A DNA stretch of 64,000 bases, taken from the NCBI GenBank assembly GCA_002633005.1, contig NMRA01000170.1, positions 196,707 through 260,706 on the forward strand, written 5' to 3'. Under the pieces are notes generated by a model. The model was given only the letters and a program-made list of their open reading frames with translations. It was not told the origin of the DNA and ran no database searches. This document shows positions 24,633-38,701 of this stretch, one piece after another. A program made the position numbers and the translations under genes. The stretch's first letter is position 1, and each line of letters starts with the position of its first letter. This stretch comes from Phoronis australis (Eukaryota; Animalia; Phoronida).

Positions 24633-27600
24633 ATGGCGTCTCCGCTGTTATTAATTTTGGGTACTATATGCCTTTTATTACTAGTTTCTTCCGGTAAGTA
24701 CTCATTCTTTTGAACGCATATTATATGTCATAATAGTCCCAATGTTGAAAATGGAGGAATCGTGTTTGCCTCTCATAGTACTTGCTGCTTTAGTGTCCAC
24801 CTGAGTGCTGTGAACTGGTCGGATGTTCGATTTACTGTACCGCACCGACTTGCGATTGAGCAATCGTCTGCCGATCACATTTTGTCATATACATTTTGTG
24901 GTTAATGTTGATAGACTACGCTATTTTCTCCATTAATCACCACATACGGTAAGGAGCTCATCGCTTTCCTTGTTGAGTTAGAAATTTACTGTGTTAGTTT
25001 GGAACGACCTTTCCACGTGATCTCCCCTCTGTCCATAATCGATTCCAGTAATTGAGTAGTACACCAACAAATCTTAGCCGAAACGGATTAATCGACAGAG
25101 CTCATCACGAACTGACTAACAGTGCCCAAGTATCATTGATGCTGGAGTTTTTCTCAGTGATATGTAAGCTAATGTCGGGTCGGAACAATGTCATATTCCT
25201 ATCCCTAGTTATAATTATAAGATTCATGTTATCGCAATTGTATTGCACAAACTCGTGAGCTTAATGGTGGACAATCCTCTCCTGTTTGATCTATGGTTTA
25301 ACCTACAAAGGGTCAGGACGGTCTCACCTTCGCTTCGAATAAAGAACATGAAGGCGTCGCATTGATGCTGACTGTTCGTCCAAAACCGACAACGTACCCT
25401 GAAAGAAATACTTATTATGGAATTACTCCTTATCGAAGAGGACATGTGACAGCTTTGAAACACTCAATGAGGCATAATAGCAAACCTGTGCTTTTGCCAC
25501 ACATTTTAATGTGTTTATTCTTCATCTAAGGGACAAGGTACCAACAGTTTCCGTATTAACCTTGAACATCTTCGGTAGCTATCACTAGAATTTTTTAAGT
25601 TGTTCTATTCTGTTATTCTTTTATTTGCAGCATTTTGTGTATTTGCTGTGCGTTTGTAAGGTCACTCATATTTACGTAATTTCCCCAGGGGCCTACGAAG
25701 AAGCCCATTGTTTTGACTATGTAAAATTGTAATGAAGGGTACTGAATTTTGTGCAAAAATGTACTAGGTTTAGTGTCACACAGTGTTGCTGTTGACCTTG
25801 CGGCAGTAAACCTAGTAGTGTGTCAGAGGGGTGTTAATCACGTAGCACGATCATATTCACAAACTTTCTGTTCTATTTTGTGCAATAGATGGAGCCATTT
25901 GGTTACTCAACCTTCCTTTCTTTTGCATTTGTCTGGATACACTTGGACTTGTAGAGTATTACCTTGCTGCCCTATTCGTTTGAGTAATATTGTATCCACG
26001 CGTGCCGCTCGAAAACAAAGCACTTTAGGCTGTGCTGTGGTCAACCCCAGGGCAGTCTTCAGCCTGGTCTGCGTGATTTAGTGGGCATAACCTTACTACG
26101 AAACTTCCCGTCACTCCAGTCGAGCAGAACCCAGTGTTGCCATAGTCTGAGGTCGAGGACGGAACGTATTAATGACACCATGGGCTTCCTTGTGGAAGTC
26201 CTTGCTACGAAGGACAGCACTGGGTGATAAATTTTTGGTTTCCAATACTGAATTATTGAGTACGTGATGGCTCAAGCAGACCTACTTTTACAGCAAGGTG
26301 AAACCATACAGTAGGTCTAGTTTCAAAGTCAGATCCACGGGAACAAAATTTGAACTACCAGTCGTTGTACATTTTTAGACGCCCTGTATTATCGGTGCTG
26401 CTAGAACAGAATTCATAGACATGCCTTAGTCCAATGCGTGTACTTGATATTCCACTTATATCGAACACTTCTAGTAAAGTTTTTTCTTGTTTTGTATTTT
26501 CTTGTACTGATGTAAAATAAACATTTTTTACTTACTTAATTACTAACATCGCGTAATCCGCGTAGGCGTGAACTTAAAATTAATTATTCATTAAAGTATC
26601 CAGGTGAAAGTTTTTGCTAATCGTAAAGAATTTTTGTATGGTCACCCATTATCTCTTTTACCGGAAGCTGTGTCACAGAATCGGAGGAATATGTGAATGA
26701 TTGGTCAATTAATGTTGGGTGAATAAGATCGCCAATTGTTGAAAAAGAAAAATAAAGCTAGGTTATAATTACATTGTTTTATGAACACGTGATTTGCTTT
26801 AGTACTGTACATTTTTTTTCAACGTGAACGTTATTATTTGAGTGAAATGCCAAGTTTCCTAGGCTATTCCGAGTTCACGCATACGCGATGTTGAGATTAA
26901 GCAGAATTCCAAATTCAAGCACAGTACTATCACGAATTTAAAGATAAGAGCAGCTGCAGATGTCAACCTTGGAACACGTTTCCTGACCTTTGCCCTTCTC
27001 TCCTTGGCTTCCCAGAGGAAGGAGGAAGAGTTCTCATTGCGATAGTGAAATGACAACTCTTCCGATTGTAGACCCTGTTCTCATCTGTGCAAATCGAGCA
27101 ATTTAGAAGCAAAGCAGAATAGTGTGGTGTTCGGCATGGCCTAAAATAGAAACATTAAGAAGACCACGGATTTAATTTGCGAATCCTAACGAATGCCTTG
27201 GTCATATACGTCGCTGCTCGACCGATCCCGCCAACTGAGTTCTGCTCGATTTTTCATCGGTTCACATAAAGCATCATATCAAGCCTCCGACGCCGATTCG
27301 ATGAGGATGCGGCAGAAAAAAATGGACCTATGTACCTAGCGCCAGCGGGACATCTGCGTCAAAACGGTGTTGCTTGTCCCATAGAAAATCGCCCGGTCAT
27401 TGGCATCTATCGAATTCAATGGGCGGGAAGGACCGAGGATAGCCCGATACGTATGTGAAATTTTGTGGCGACTTCTGGAGAACAGGCGAAGGATTCGTCT
27501 CATTGAAAACAAATTTTATAGCTGAAGTTTTGTCCGATCACATTATATATTTACGGTCATGCTGTTCATTGTTATAAATGAACTTCAATGTGGACCACAA

Positions 27601-29689
27601 AGTGATCACGAACTGTTGAATTACTGCATAACTGCATCGCAAAGCGTAAATTTTATTTTCATGACCGATTTGACGACGTTGGTATATAATGTAAAATATA
27701 CGCCCATTAGAATTCCTGTCTCCTTTGAAGACATCATGTTACCACAGTCTGCCTTCAGCCTCCTTGAAATGTATGTATGTTTAATTAACTGTGTTATGCA
27801 CAGTGTTATGCACGAACACGTCATATAGAAATTGAACAGTGTCGCTGCGAGTAACCATGGAGCAAATGGTCTTGAAGTGTCACAAAACGTAGTAATACAG
27901 TATGATGAAACTAATTACATTGTTGACAGGTGGCGCTATCCGATGTCATGTTTGTAACACCCTCTACCACGGGGACGACTGCAACGACGAACTAAAGGTG
28001 GACAAATTCATAACTAACTGCACGATAGACAGGACAACGAACAAACCCTTCACGCAGTGTAGGAAAATAAAACAAACTGGTAAGTACAGGATTGGCTGCT
28101 GTTGGATGCACATTAACTCGTAAAACATGTCCTGTTGGGAAACTATGTACAAAGAATGGAAAGTGGCGTATTTTGCAAGTTCTAAATATCATTTTTTTTC
28201 TGTTGTGATAATTTTGCTATAAAAATATATTTTATAAATTCATTTCTGTGTGTGTGGACATAAAGCTTCCTCTGAAAGAGTTATCTTTCATATTTTGCTT
28301 TTTTACAAGTCCTTTATCGGCGAGAATGAAACTTACAACCTCGGGGGGTCGAAGTCCAGCGATTTTGTGGCGGCACACTCGATAAATGGCAGAATATTTT
28401 AAGCGTATTTAACTGGTAAAGACACCAATCTTAATTTTAATGGGTGGTTGGTAGACAGCGATGAGAATTGGCGATATGTAATAAACCACATAAAACAGTA
28501 AACTGATGTTTATAGCTCGGGTGTTAGGAATTGAACAATAATCCCAGATATGTTGTAAAACTGATTATTATCATCCAGATCGCTTGCATAGCTTCCATAA
28601 CATCCGAATCTTATCTTAACATGTTTTTAAGTCAGTTACTTACACTTCTTGTTATTAATGGTTATTATTATTTTTTGTTATTGTTGTTATTAATATCATT
28701 TTTCAATGCCATGACAGCGTAATTGTCGCCACTGTGCTCAAACTTCATGACAAAAAGCTGTCCACAGTTCGGACAAAACTGGTATTGCACAGGGTAGTCA
28801 CTCTTCTTTAGTAACGATTTTGTTCTCATGAATACAATTATTTTTTTCTGGAGCTGTGTTCTAGGCACAAATATTTTCCGTTTCTTTTCAAACTTTGAGA
28901 CCAGGCACAAGTAGGAATGTGCTTTGCTCAGTGCATCGTGGGGAAAGAAATATTCAAGAGACAAAGCTGAAGTCTATCAGAAAGGTAGTTCAGCTAATGA
29001 GAAAGAAATTGTGTTCATGAGAATATAACTGTAATAGTGAGTACGTCCTTGCACTTCGTGACAACGCTGCCTAATCCCTTTGTGGTGCAAATGTTCAGCT
29101 TCTGAAAACCCTCGGTCTTCGGTGATTTCGGAGAATATTTTTACGTTTAAAGGTGCATTAAACCCGCGCTTTCTGTCAAGATTTCATTTAGGCAATGCAC
29201 CATTATAAAGTTGGCACACCCTAACTAGGTTTAGAAGGGATATCTGGGCTCGGAAAGAACTGATCGTTGTTATTTTGGTGTGAGGTGAACTCTTATGAGC
29301 TTGGTCTGAAGAAATAAGTAACTACCGGTTCTCCCTTCTCGTCTCGAACCTGAGTAAGGAACAAGTTTGCACCAGATTTATAGCCGTAATGGTCTGATCC
29401 AAAAAAATTGGTTAGTTTTTTTGACGGGAGGTGGATTTATAGCCGCTTAGTTAATGTCCAATTCTGTATCTCTCTTGTTTCAGTGTATGACCAACCACGG
29501 TTGATTCGGCAGTGCGCTGGCGCGGCGGAAACGGTTGAGGAGGACTGCGTTGAGCGATCGGGGGGTTACGAGGTCAGGATGACGTACTGCCACTGTAATG
29601 GCGACCTGTGTAACGCATCTCCTAAAAACTTCGCTAGTCTCTATGCTATCGCCTTGGCGTTAGTCTCTCACTTGTTTAAGTTGTATTAA
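24633..29689 (+). CDS. Ly6/uPAR three-finger protein, quiver/sleepless-like, predicted GPI-anchored (138 aa)
   Basis: Exons 24633-24693 (signal peptide MASPLLLILGTICLLLLVSS), 27930-28079 (GGAIRCHVCNT...DC...NC...QCRKIKQT) and 29484-29689 (VYDQPRLIRQC...DC...YCHCNGDLCN then a hydrophobic tail). Both introns are GT-AG, phase 1. There are 10 Cys in the mature domain with the C-terminal CxCxxxxCN motif. Confidence 0.92.
28714..29070. mobile_element. Possible small MITE in intron 2 of the Ly6 gene
   Basis: Inverted pairs cagcgt..ttgtc / gacaacgctg and ttctcatgaatacaatt / aattgtgttcatgagaa. No clear TSD. Confidence 0.4.
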
Positions 29690-30775
29690 CGGTCTAGTTT
29701 AAAGTCCGTTCTAGATACAGTCAGAAGGAATTGGCTTATCCGGTCTTGCATATCGATTCAATTAGGCGAAGGCCCCTCTTACATGGTAGACTAGTGGGTA
29801 TTGTTACTTCACTTTATAGCCGGTTAGATTGCATTTCTGTCCAATTCCTATCAGTAGCTATTGGGAGTCAACGTTTGAATAGCTTAATTTCACTTTCCTG
29901 TAAGGCACGTAAAGCATTTGGTTCATTTTTGTAATGCTGTATAGCTTCGTTTAGGAGCGTCTTTCTGAGATTAAGCGACACCTGTTGTATTCTGTTATAA
30001 CCTGTGTAAGATAGTAATTGTTCACACACTACTTACGTGATTTATTTCCAGGACAGAGGAGTTTTATTAAGAGTGTGGTGTATGTTTGAAGTGGTAGTTT
30101 GCGGAAAATTGTCGTTTCACTGTTGAATCATTTTTTAGACTTGATATGTTTTTGACTGTAAATATATCAGTGATTAACCTGGAAAAGCTATGTTGTTTTG
30201 TAACACCACAATTAACTTGAAATTCACACCCTGCATGCGCAAGTACTTATAACAGTTTCAAGCTCAATTAAAACCGCATTCCACCCCGTTAAGCTGGCTA
30301 AGGACGAAAAGTGAATTATCCATTTTACTCTTAAAACTCAGTATCCTGTTACTGACACTGACAGAAATCTATGTCCGTTACCAACAAAAGTAACAATCAA
30401 CGAGTATATGCGCCATTTTCGAATTCATAATTTTAGGCTTGGTTAGCCTCAATAAACTCTAAAGCGCATTCTTGAGTAGCTGACGGTTTCAATGTTCTCG
30501 CTGGTAGAGGGTTTGGAATATCGCGATATTACGAGACTGGGTTTGTGAGAGTAAAATGCCAAATTCGATTTTCGTTTTTTGCCATCTGAACGGCGAAATG
30601 CAGCATTAATGTTAAAACAAGTTAGGAACGTTTTATAGTACGCCTGTGAGTGACATTCAGGCACAACATGAATGTGGAAAAACAATTGTTAGTAAGCCTT
30701 ATCAAAACAAAGCAAGATTGCCAGTTAAAATATGTCTCCAACTATAAGTTGAGCCCAGGATTTTCACAAACAAGC

Positions 30776-30926
30776 CATAGGTGGCGCACCATGGAGGCAA
30801 GGGGAGAGGGAGGGAGCTATAGCCCTCCGCTTTTTTCAGTGCTGTGCCGCCCATGGTTTATGGCCAGTGCACCACAAGGGTCTGGGATGCTATAGCCCCC
30901 TCTCTTTCAGTGCTGGCCCGCCCATG
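30776..30926. mobile_element. Short MITE with a near-perfect 5-bp TSD (caagc/cgagc)
   Basis: Termini cataggtggcgcac...gctggcccgcccatg, with an internal duplication of gctatagccc...tttcagtgctg...cgcccatg. Confidence 0.55.
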
Positions 30927-32960
30927 CGAGCTCGTGTGTAAGTGAAACTAAAGCAATGAGCTGCTATTAATTACAAAACTTAAACTCTTTTTTGACGTGT
31001 TATTTAGTATCTGAAAAGAAAAACGTGTACAGATTGGTTTTCTGTCTCGTATAATTTATTCTGTATGCAAAACACTGGTAGTCATTAGTTGACCAGCTCT
31101 GCGAATCCGTTTATTTCCCAGTCAGTGGGCCCTGAGCTGTAGGACATTTCGCAAAAAATTCCGCGTTTTAGGTCGCTCATTTTCTGTACAAATAACGCCT
31201 TTCTAGAGTAAACCGTCACATTCGTCAAGAAGTAGAGGGCGCATGAATTAAGTCAATCACAGAATGAGATTCCATTTCTTGTACCCACGGTGATTGTAGT
31301 TTATAATCTCACCCGGATACCACTGTGACTGGACAACCTTTAAGTACGTAACTGTTAAAACGTTTTAGCACAAGTCATAAAAAGTCTTAAATCTGAACCT
31401 GAAAAGTTGAACAATGAAAATGTCTTTAGATGCAAAGAAGACAAGCTTCGGAACATTGGGTCTCGAAAAATAATGCAATTAATCAGGGAAGTTCAAACTA
31501 GAAACAAACTTTTACGAAAATTTGTACAATAAGCTTCAGTTATTTTGAAAAAATGTTGAAAGGGCATCATTAGATTTGAATACGTTTTAATTAAGCTGGT
31601 TTGCTATAAAATTCGTTTTGTACCGATTTTTCCGAAAGTGAAGTATGCCGAACGATTGTCGTTCACTTGTTTACAATGAGTTACCCTCTGACACAGCGCC
31701 ACCTATACTGCAAAGTAACTTTCGTTTAGCACTGTGATAGAGTGTAACATTGAGTTTGACTCCACATTTAACTTTGCAGTTACTAAGCGCGTAGATATGG
31801 CGTGTATGAAGACTAATAATTTTTGCTTATATAACATTTCTTGTTTTCCGCAAAAATCACAACCATCTTAGCCCCCACGATTGGTAATTTATATCACAAT
31901 GTGCGTAATAATTTTAGGTTGCTTGATGACCATTACAGCGAGTACAAGAGGTATGGCTAAGGCCAGGAATAGTAACGGAACTGTCATCAGTCTAAATTTA
32001 TCGTACCACAAGCAAGAGTTGTGTATGCATACGCTATATTCACACATATTTAAAAACAATTCGTTACCAAGAATACTTTTAAGAGAAATATCGATGAAAA
32101 CATATTTTCCCCGTGAACAATAGCACAGCACCACTCGTATGAATAAATGACAGGTGCCAATACTTCTATAATTTAACAAAAATTACCTTTGACTTTTCAA
32201 GCAAATTCCCTTACATCGACGCACTACTCTTCGGTAAACAGTTGAAACGTTGGAACATCGCAACAGAGCAAAAGTGGGCAATTCAGAGGTACAAATATTC
32301 ACTTGTTTGTTACATGTCTCAATGACCTTGGGATTACACAACTTTGCGTTTCGAGAGCCGGGAGAAGACACGAGTAGCTCAACACCGCCGACTCAGAGGC
32401 CTACTCGTATCGCCGCGTGTTGCAAGAGACACTTGTGCAATCGCCATCGACTACGGCGAGAAGAATGATAGGAGATTGCTCCCGCTCTTATCATCGGTTT
32501 CTTGGTCTCTGTGGCGCGTTGTTTTGTAGAAAAGACATTTAAAATATTCGGCAAAATGTGCTGGAAGTCGTGAGATCTTCCTACCAAAGAGCCGTGAAAA
32601 TTGCCCTGAGTTGCGCACAGAAGTGCCGCAAAATGAAAACTCTTAAGATGGCTGACACTATACCGTAAGAGGCTCCCAAGCCAACCATTTAAAGAAGTAA
32701 GAACTCTAGCGCCATCTTACGACCTACATGTAAAAGCACTTCTTTTCTCAAGAACTCCTCTAGTTGCTCTCGCAATGAAATGGCGGCCGTAAGAACTTTG
32801 CAAGAAGAACGACAGACTAGCTGCCTCCTGTGTGCTTTTGCTGGAATTCGGAAAGACCTCGGGAATTGTCACTGTAGCTTTAGGGCATACTAGCCACGGA
32901 TTTTGCGAAATAAGTCTCGTTTTAATAATGTAATCAAACTAATAGCAATCATGACCGGAA

Positions 32961-35900
32961 TTACATTCCCAGTTCTATTATCTCTTGAATGTTACCAGAC
33001 AAGCGTTCTCTGACAGCTTCTTTTATGGTGGGGTTTGACATTACGCCGTCGTACATATTGCCGATTTCCTCAGTAACGTCATCAATCGAGCCTTTCTCCT
33101 TCATATCTTTTTTAGATTTTTCTAAGCTCATTTTTGCAATAATGGGCGGTAGACCCATGCAAGCGGAGATAATTCCATACATTGCTGTTTTCTTGAATAA
33201 GTTCAAGAAAACTTCATATGTGTACTCAGGAAAGGAAAATTTGCAGTTTTCAAGAATGTTGGTGAACGCTGTATAGTAATGCTTCAAGATGTCGTCCAGG
33301 TGCGTTTTGCGCATGCTTCGCGTGGTACTCACGAACAGGAAGTAGCTTAAATCGGACGTCGGTAAGGCGTAACGCACCATTTGAAAGTCGACCATTTTGA
33401 CTGCAATTGGCGAGTTGGGGTCGTCATCTTGGTATTTAAACATCATGTTATTTGCCCAGGCATCTCCGTGACAAATGACGGCAAACGGCTCGCAGGGCTC
33501 GATGCACGAAAGGATGGTGTCGAAAGCATCCACGCTGAGCAGTGACTTGACCTTTGACTTAAACTCTTCATCGGTTGACTCTTCAGAAATCAATTCCATG
33601 GCATTTACAAGTGCTTTGCTAAGCATTGGACTGGTAATGGGACGCGTAGTGGACGAAAAGTGTGTCTCTTGAAAGACAAACTCGAATCTTTTTCGAATGT
33701 TTTCAACATCTCTATTCTTCAACACCAGTGATAACGCGTGCATCTTTGCCAGCTCCGCCACAACCAACTTGCAGTGCTGAGCGTCAAGACCAACTCCAAC
33801 ATCTGCCATTTTGTAGCCTTCCACGTCTTCCAAAACAATCATGGCGGACAGCGTATCTTCGTCAGATAAGCCGTAGTGAAACTTTGGTGCTGCTAAAGGA
33901 GCAAGATCCAAGTTGAAGCCAGACTGGAGTGTGGTAAGCGCAGGAAGAATGTCTCTGTAGAAAATCAATTCTTTTTTGAACACGCCGCCTTTTATCATCA
34001 CCGCCTTCATCATCGGGTGGTCATGTGGCGTTTTAAGAATCAGCTTGTAGTCTTTTTTGTTGTCGGGACTTTGAACTTTGGCGTAGATTCTTAACACTAC
34101 CGTGGCAAAGTTTGATCCTGAAACAGAACTGTGTTTTAAGATACTATAGAGTCTAGAAATTGAGATAATGAAAACCTGAAAGGCAGGTTTCAAATTTTTC
34201 AGTGACGTACATGTACTTTCTTTCAATTCTACGTTCAGTCCTAAGTCTTACTGGGCCTTTGACCCAGCCGAGCGCCCATAAAAGTTTGCTGAAGACATTA
34301 TGCTAAGAATTTTACGATGACTTTTGGCTTACCTCAAAATCCAACTGCTGCCTGGTGGTTTGGTAATTGGCCCATTTATGTTGCACACCCAGCAGAATTA
34401 ATGAGAAACATATAATTGCAGCATTTTAGGATGTAAAAGTCACATTTTTGTCCAAGTTTCAAAATTCAAAAACCTAATCACCTGTGCTTTTCACGAAATA
34501 TTTCAATATGCTATTTACAAACTTTCAAAACGAAAATTAAAAAATATTATTTCGCCCCCAATGTGTTTACGATGGGTCTCTTGTCTAGAGGACTATAACA
34601 TCATCAGCTTGGGGCGATTTAATTAACCACAACAGCATGGTGTCTTTGATCTAAAGCGGCAGATTCTATAGTGCGCAAACCGGTCAGTTTCCCAATCTCC
34701 ACCGGTTAGAGTGCCAAACGTAGGATTCTTTTCATAACTCACAAAGGTAATAATCAGAACGAACTTGAAACGGGGACAAAAACAGAGTGGGAACCAATTT
34801 AAATGTTGTACTCTCTAAGAATTACGTGGTCAGTGTCGCATTCGGTGAATACTTTTTCCAAAGTTGTCAAGTGCGGTCTGCCAAGACGGTATCCTGACAA
34901 CGAGTTCGGTGTGACAGGGCCCAAAACGTGCAGCTCAGATTTTTTTGTTGAATTCTTTCCGGCAGACAACTATACCCACGGGCATGGAATCATCCGCACG
35001 AAACCCCAGAATCAAACCCATGAACCGAGACCAATCATAGCTTCAGTAATTAGTCATGACATTGCCCTTATTTGGAACAGAGCAGTGAGTACTGGATTGC
35101 TCAGCACAGCTAGGTTAAGAGATCAAAAATGACGAAAAGCCGAGGAAATCGCAGGCAGCATTTCAAACCGACGTCAAAGCTTCCCACGTGCCGATTTCAC
35201 CAGAACAGTCAACTAGGTCCTGTCTTTCATATTTGTTAAGTTTGGTAGATATCCGTGACTTCATAGACCACTTCTAAAAATTTACAATTATGGCTCCGAT
35301 TCCAATGTCTAAACTAGACTTGAACAGCGCAACATGGATCACCGGACTAGGCTTGCACAAAAACATGGATCTCCGGCTAGCTCATTTATTCGAGTTGCCC
35401 TGAGTTCAATTTTTGAATTCTTGGCGCGTTCATGTATCCATGATCCCGAATAAGACATCAGATAATGAAGGCCGAGTGATTTTTCAATAAAGTCCTCCCT
35501 CCACAAGGTTATGTTGCTACGCAACAAGTTATACAAATCGGTCTCACTTTCGTGTGACTTTTAAGTAAGCTAGAGGAATAAGCTTCGCGAACTGAATTCT
35601 TGGTCATTTCGCATCTCCAAAGTTGTCACTACGTCCTGGGTACGTCACTTTGTTAATACCAGAGATTTCGATAAAACGATCTAATATTCTACAACAGAAA
35701 ACGAGAACTGAGGGACGGAAGAAACACAGGCGCTTGGGTTTATCTGTTCCTCGATCGCAAATGACGTCACTCGATAATACATATAAGAAAACATAAAGGT
35801 TGGACACTCGAAATCTGTTTGCTCAGAATTTTCTACTCAAATGTGCATGGAACTCCACGAAACTAGCACCGGACAACTCTTAGAATACTTTCTTTCATTC

Positions 35901-37429
35901 GATCTCTTCAAATTGCCTTCGAGTGGTGATTTGGCGACAAAAATGATAAAAGAATTCCAAAATCACAAAATCAAGGAAGTGATTCCGAGATGTCATGGCA
36001 GACGGTCTTCGCACATCCGGGTTTTTGACGAACGCTCCCCAGGTAAATCCGAAAGTCTAATTTCGAGCGGCTTTCATCGTCAATCCTTCGACTACTTGAT
36101 CATCAGAAACACAGAGCACTTTATTGCCAAATAAATGTAATAACTCACATATTTGTGTCAAATATAAATTATCCTGATACTGTATTGATATGCGAAGTTT
36201 TTTGTGTACTGTGATTTCTTATGAAGGTTTTACTTTTGGCCAAAACCATTGAGTTAACTCGTCGGCCACGCGCATTGTAATACTTGCACGGACTGCGTTT
36301 CCTGGCCGAGTGTGTGTTGTGCTTCAATCAAAAAAGTGCGTGATGTCAAGATGAGAAACAAGATACGCCAGTTTATGTAATAAAATTCTAAGTTAAGGGC
36401 TAAAATGAGCCGTCAGTGGAATAAAGTTACAAATAATCATTAAAATACTAACTTTAACATTCTCAATTAGTTGAGTTTTGGATTAGAATTATTGAATTTG
36501 AAATATAGGTTGCTTGCTCAAACTCGAAGTTTCACCTACGACAGGCGTACAAGTTGAAGCACAACTGAAATCCGCCATGTTTACTATTTCAGGTCCTTGA
36601 ATTCAGAGTTTTGAGATTGTTTTGGAAATTCCATCGCCAATTCACCACTCACGAAGACAGTTAATGGGATCTAGGAAAGATAAGGCTTCGAAGGTTTATG
36701 CAACACCAGACTGAGGGAGGTGCACGCAGATTTTATTTGGATTTTGGACGGTTGAAGTTGGGAGCCTCGGCTTGGCAAAGTTTAAGTGTCCAACCTTTAT
36801 GTTTTCTTATATATATATATTATTGAGTGACGTCATTTGCGATCGAGGAACAGATAAACCCAAGCGCCTGTGGGAAGAAAGATCACGGTACCGGTAATGA
36901 CGAACCCATCATCGGCGAACATCGTTACCTGAGGTTGAATTTAGTTCTTCCCAAGTTTACTGTTAGAACACTTCTTATGATTTAAAAGAGATTACCAAGA
37001 GCACAAACATAGATTGAAAAACTGTTTTTGATCCCCGGACTAATTTGATGTATGAACTTCATTTTGTGTTAACGATTGTGCTGCTCAAGCCTGGTTTCAG
37101 AAACAAATTTTACATTCTCTGGAAGTGGCCTCGATGCGAAGGTTAAAACGTGCATTCATCATACATTTGGTTCCTGGTAAATGAAATAGGCCAACCTCAC
37201 TGTCTATGGGTGTAGACGTGATAATGGTGATGAATAAGCCTACGAAATCCACATTGATAACAGCCGATAACAGCTTACCTTCAGCACAGGCAGGCTCGAC
37301 GGAGAAGTCAATGATTGATAAGTCCTCATTGTTCTCAGCCCTCCTGATGATTCCTTCGAGAAAGTCTTTCGTGACAATGGTTGCTTCGGTGGGTAAAGCG
37401 GGTAAAGTGGGTTTGGTCGCTTCAGCCAT
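32961..37429 (-). CDS. Ecdysteroid-kinase-like (EcKL/DUF227; choline kinase/APH fold) protein, about 435 aa
   Basis: Exons 37429-37279 (MAEATKP...VEPACAE, gtaagc, phase 1) and 34117-32961 (GSNFATVVLR...). Family motifs LILK, FKKELIFYRDILP, IVLEDVEGYK, LAKMHALS, CHGDAWANNMMF (Brenner motif), VDFQMVRY and SDLSYFL. Confidence 0.92.
35725..36872. mobile_element. 1148-bp non-autonomous TIR transposon with an 8-bp TSD (GGAAGAAA), hAT- or P-like
   Basis: TIR cacaggcgcttgggtttatctgttcctcgatcgcaaatgacgtcactc is matched at the right end and extends imperfectly further. ggaagaaa at 35717-35724 and 36873-36880. Lies in the EcKL intron. Confidence 0.88.
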
Positions 37430-38701
37430 TTCAACTACAATGAAAACAGAAATACTACTAACACTGATGTTCGCTGCTAATCCTTAGTGAATTGTGCGTT
37501 TGTATGGCTTAAAACATATCAAATATTCAAGGTATGGAGGAACATACTCACTCAGAGATTAGAACTTGCAACACATCATTATGTAATATAAAAACATTAA
37601 ATTTTAAACTTTTCATGTGCCGATTTTTTGCGATTGGACGAAAGGTTCTCACATCAGCTGGTAAGAACCCCACAAAATGAGAGTGCAAGATTACAAGAAG
37701 TTTCGATTACAGAGAAAAACATTTAGAGATTAGAACAATATAGAAAATCGCGCTCGCGTTCGTACACCAAATTGTGAGAGAAAAAGGAGATCATGCAAGA
37801 CCACGCAAATTCACGCCAGTGAAAAGAAATATCTTACAAGCGTAACCTAACAAAATGGCATAGCACTAATGATTGTAAGACAAGACCTGCAAGGCGCGAG
37901 AAAAAAAAATGTGAAAAACAATCGTCTCCGCCACAAGTAAAAGGAATGCAGGCCATGAAAATAATACTCACGCGGTTAGTGGGGGACACATTTCGCGTTT
38001 CTGTGATCACAGCTTGTTACTAGTACTAACGGTACGTATCAGCTATACCCGTGCATAATGCAAAACAAGGCCGCTGGAAACGGGGGAGATAGACAAATTC
38101 GATTGTTTTCCTCCCTCGACCGCCCCGCTTCTTGTGGCCGGTTGAATGAAGCAGTAGCAAATAGGGACTCACAGCGCTTTTGTGGACACGTGAAACACCG
38201 ATTGAATTTTCTATTTGTTGTGTGTTCATTCATAAGTCAATTTTTAGCTTTAATAGAAGCCGAGAATAAACTCTATACTGAGTTCTCAATATTATTGAGA
38301 ATAAATAGGGACGTTTTCATGCAATGTCTCTAACTTAAAAACTAAGTCCCTACTTATTTTCATTGAAATAAAACTTCGGTTTTCAGATACACTAGAAAAT
38401 AACACGAATGAAAGAGGAGCTCATAATGATAGCCTAGATATGAGAACACAACACAAGACACAAATGCACACTGAACTTATAGCTGAGTCCCTAGGGACTG
38501 CTTCATGCAACCGGGCACTGAGGCCCTGCAAAATCAAGGGTATTGTCGACAGTGCTGTAGTGGGGCGTAGGCGCACGTAGGCGCAGCCAACCACCTTTTG
38601 GCATTTGAACGTAACGCCTACGCTCCGTAAGTTACGTTCAGTGCTCAAGGTGATACTGTGGGCTTTGGGCGCTTACTTACATCTAATTTTACCACTGCAG
38701 C

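Noticed and set aside
25990-26230. GC-richer block resembling a conserved-domain SINE body
   Set aside because: No Pol III boxes, TSD or second copy seen in the window, so it cannot be supported without a database search.
34118-34226. N-terminal extension of the 421-aa kinase ORF (MKESTC...)
   Set aside because: Intronic read-through. There is a canonical acceptor at 34118-34120 and a phase-compatible first exon at 37279-37429.
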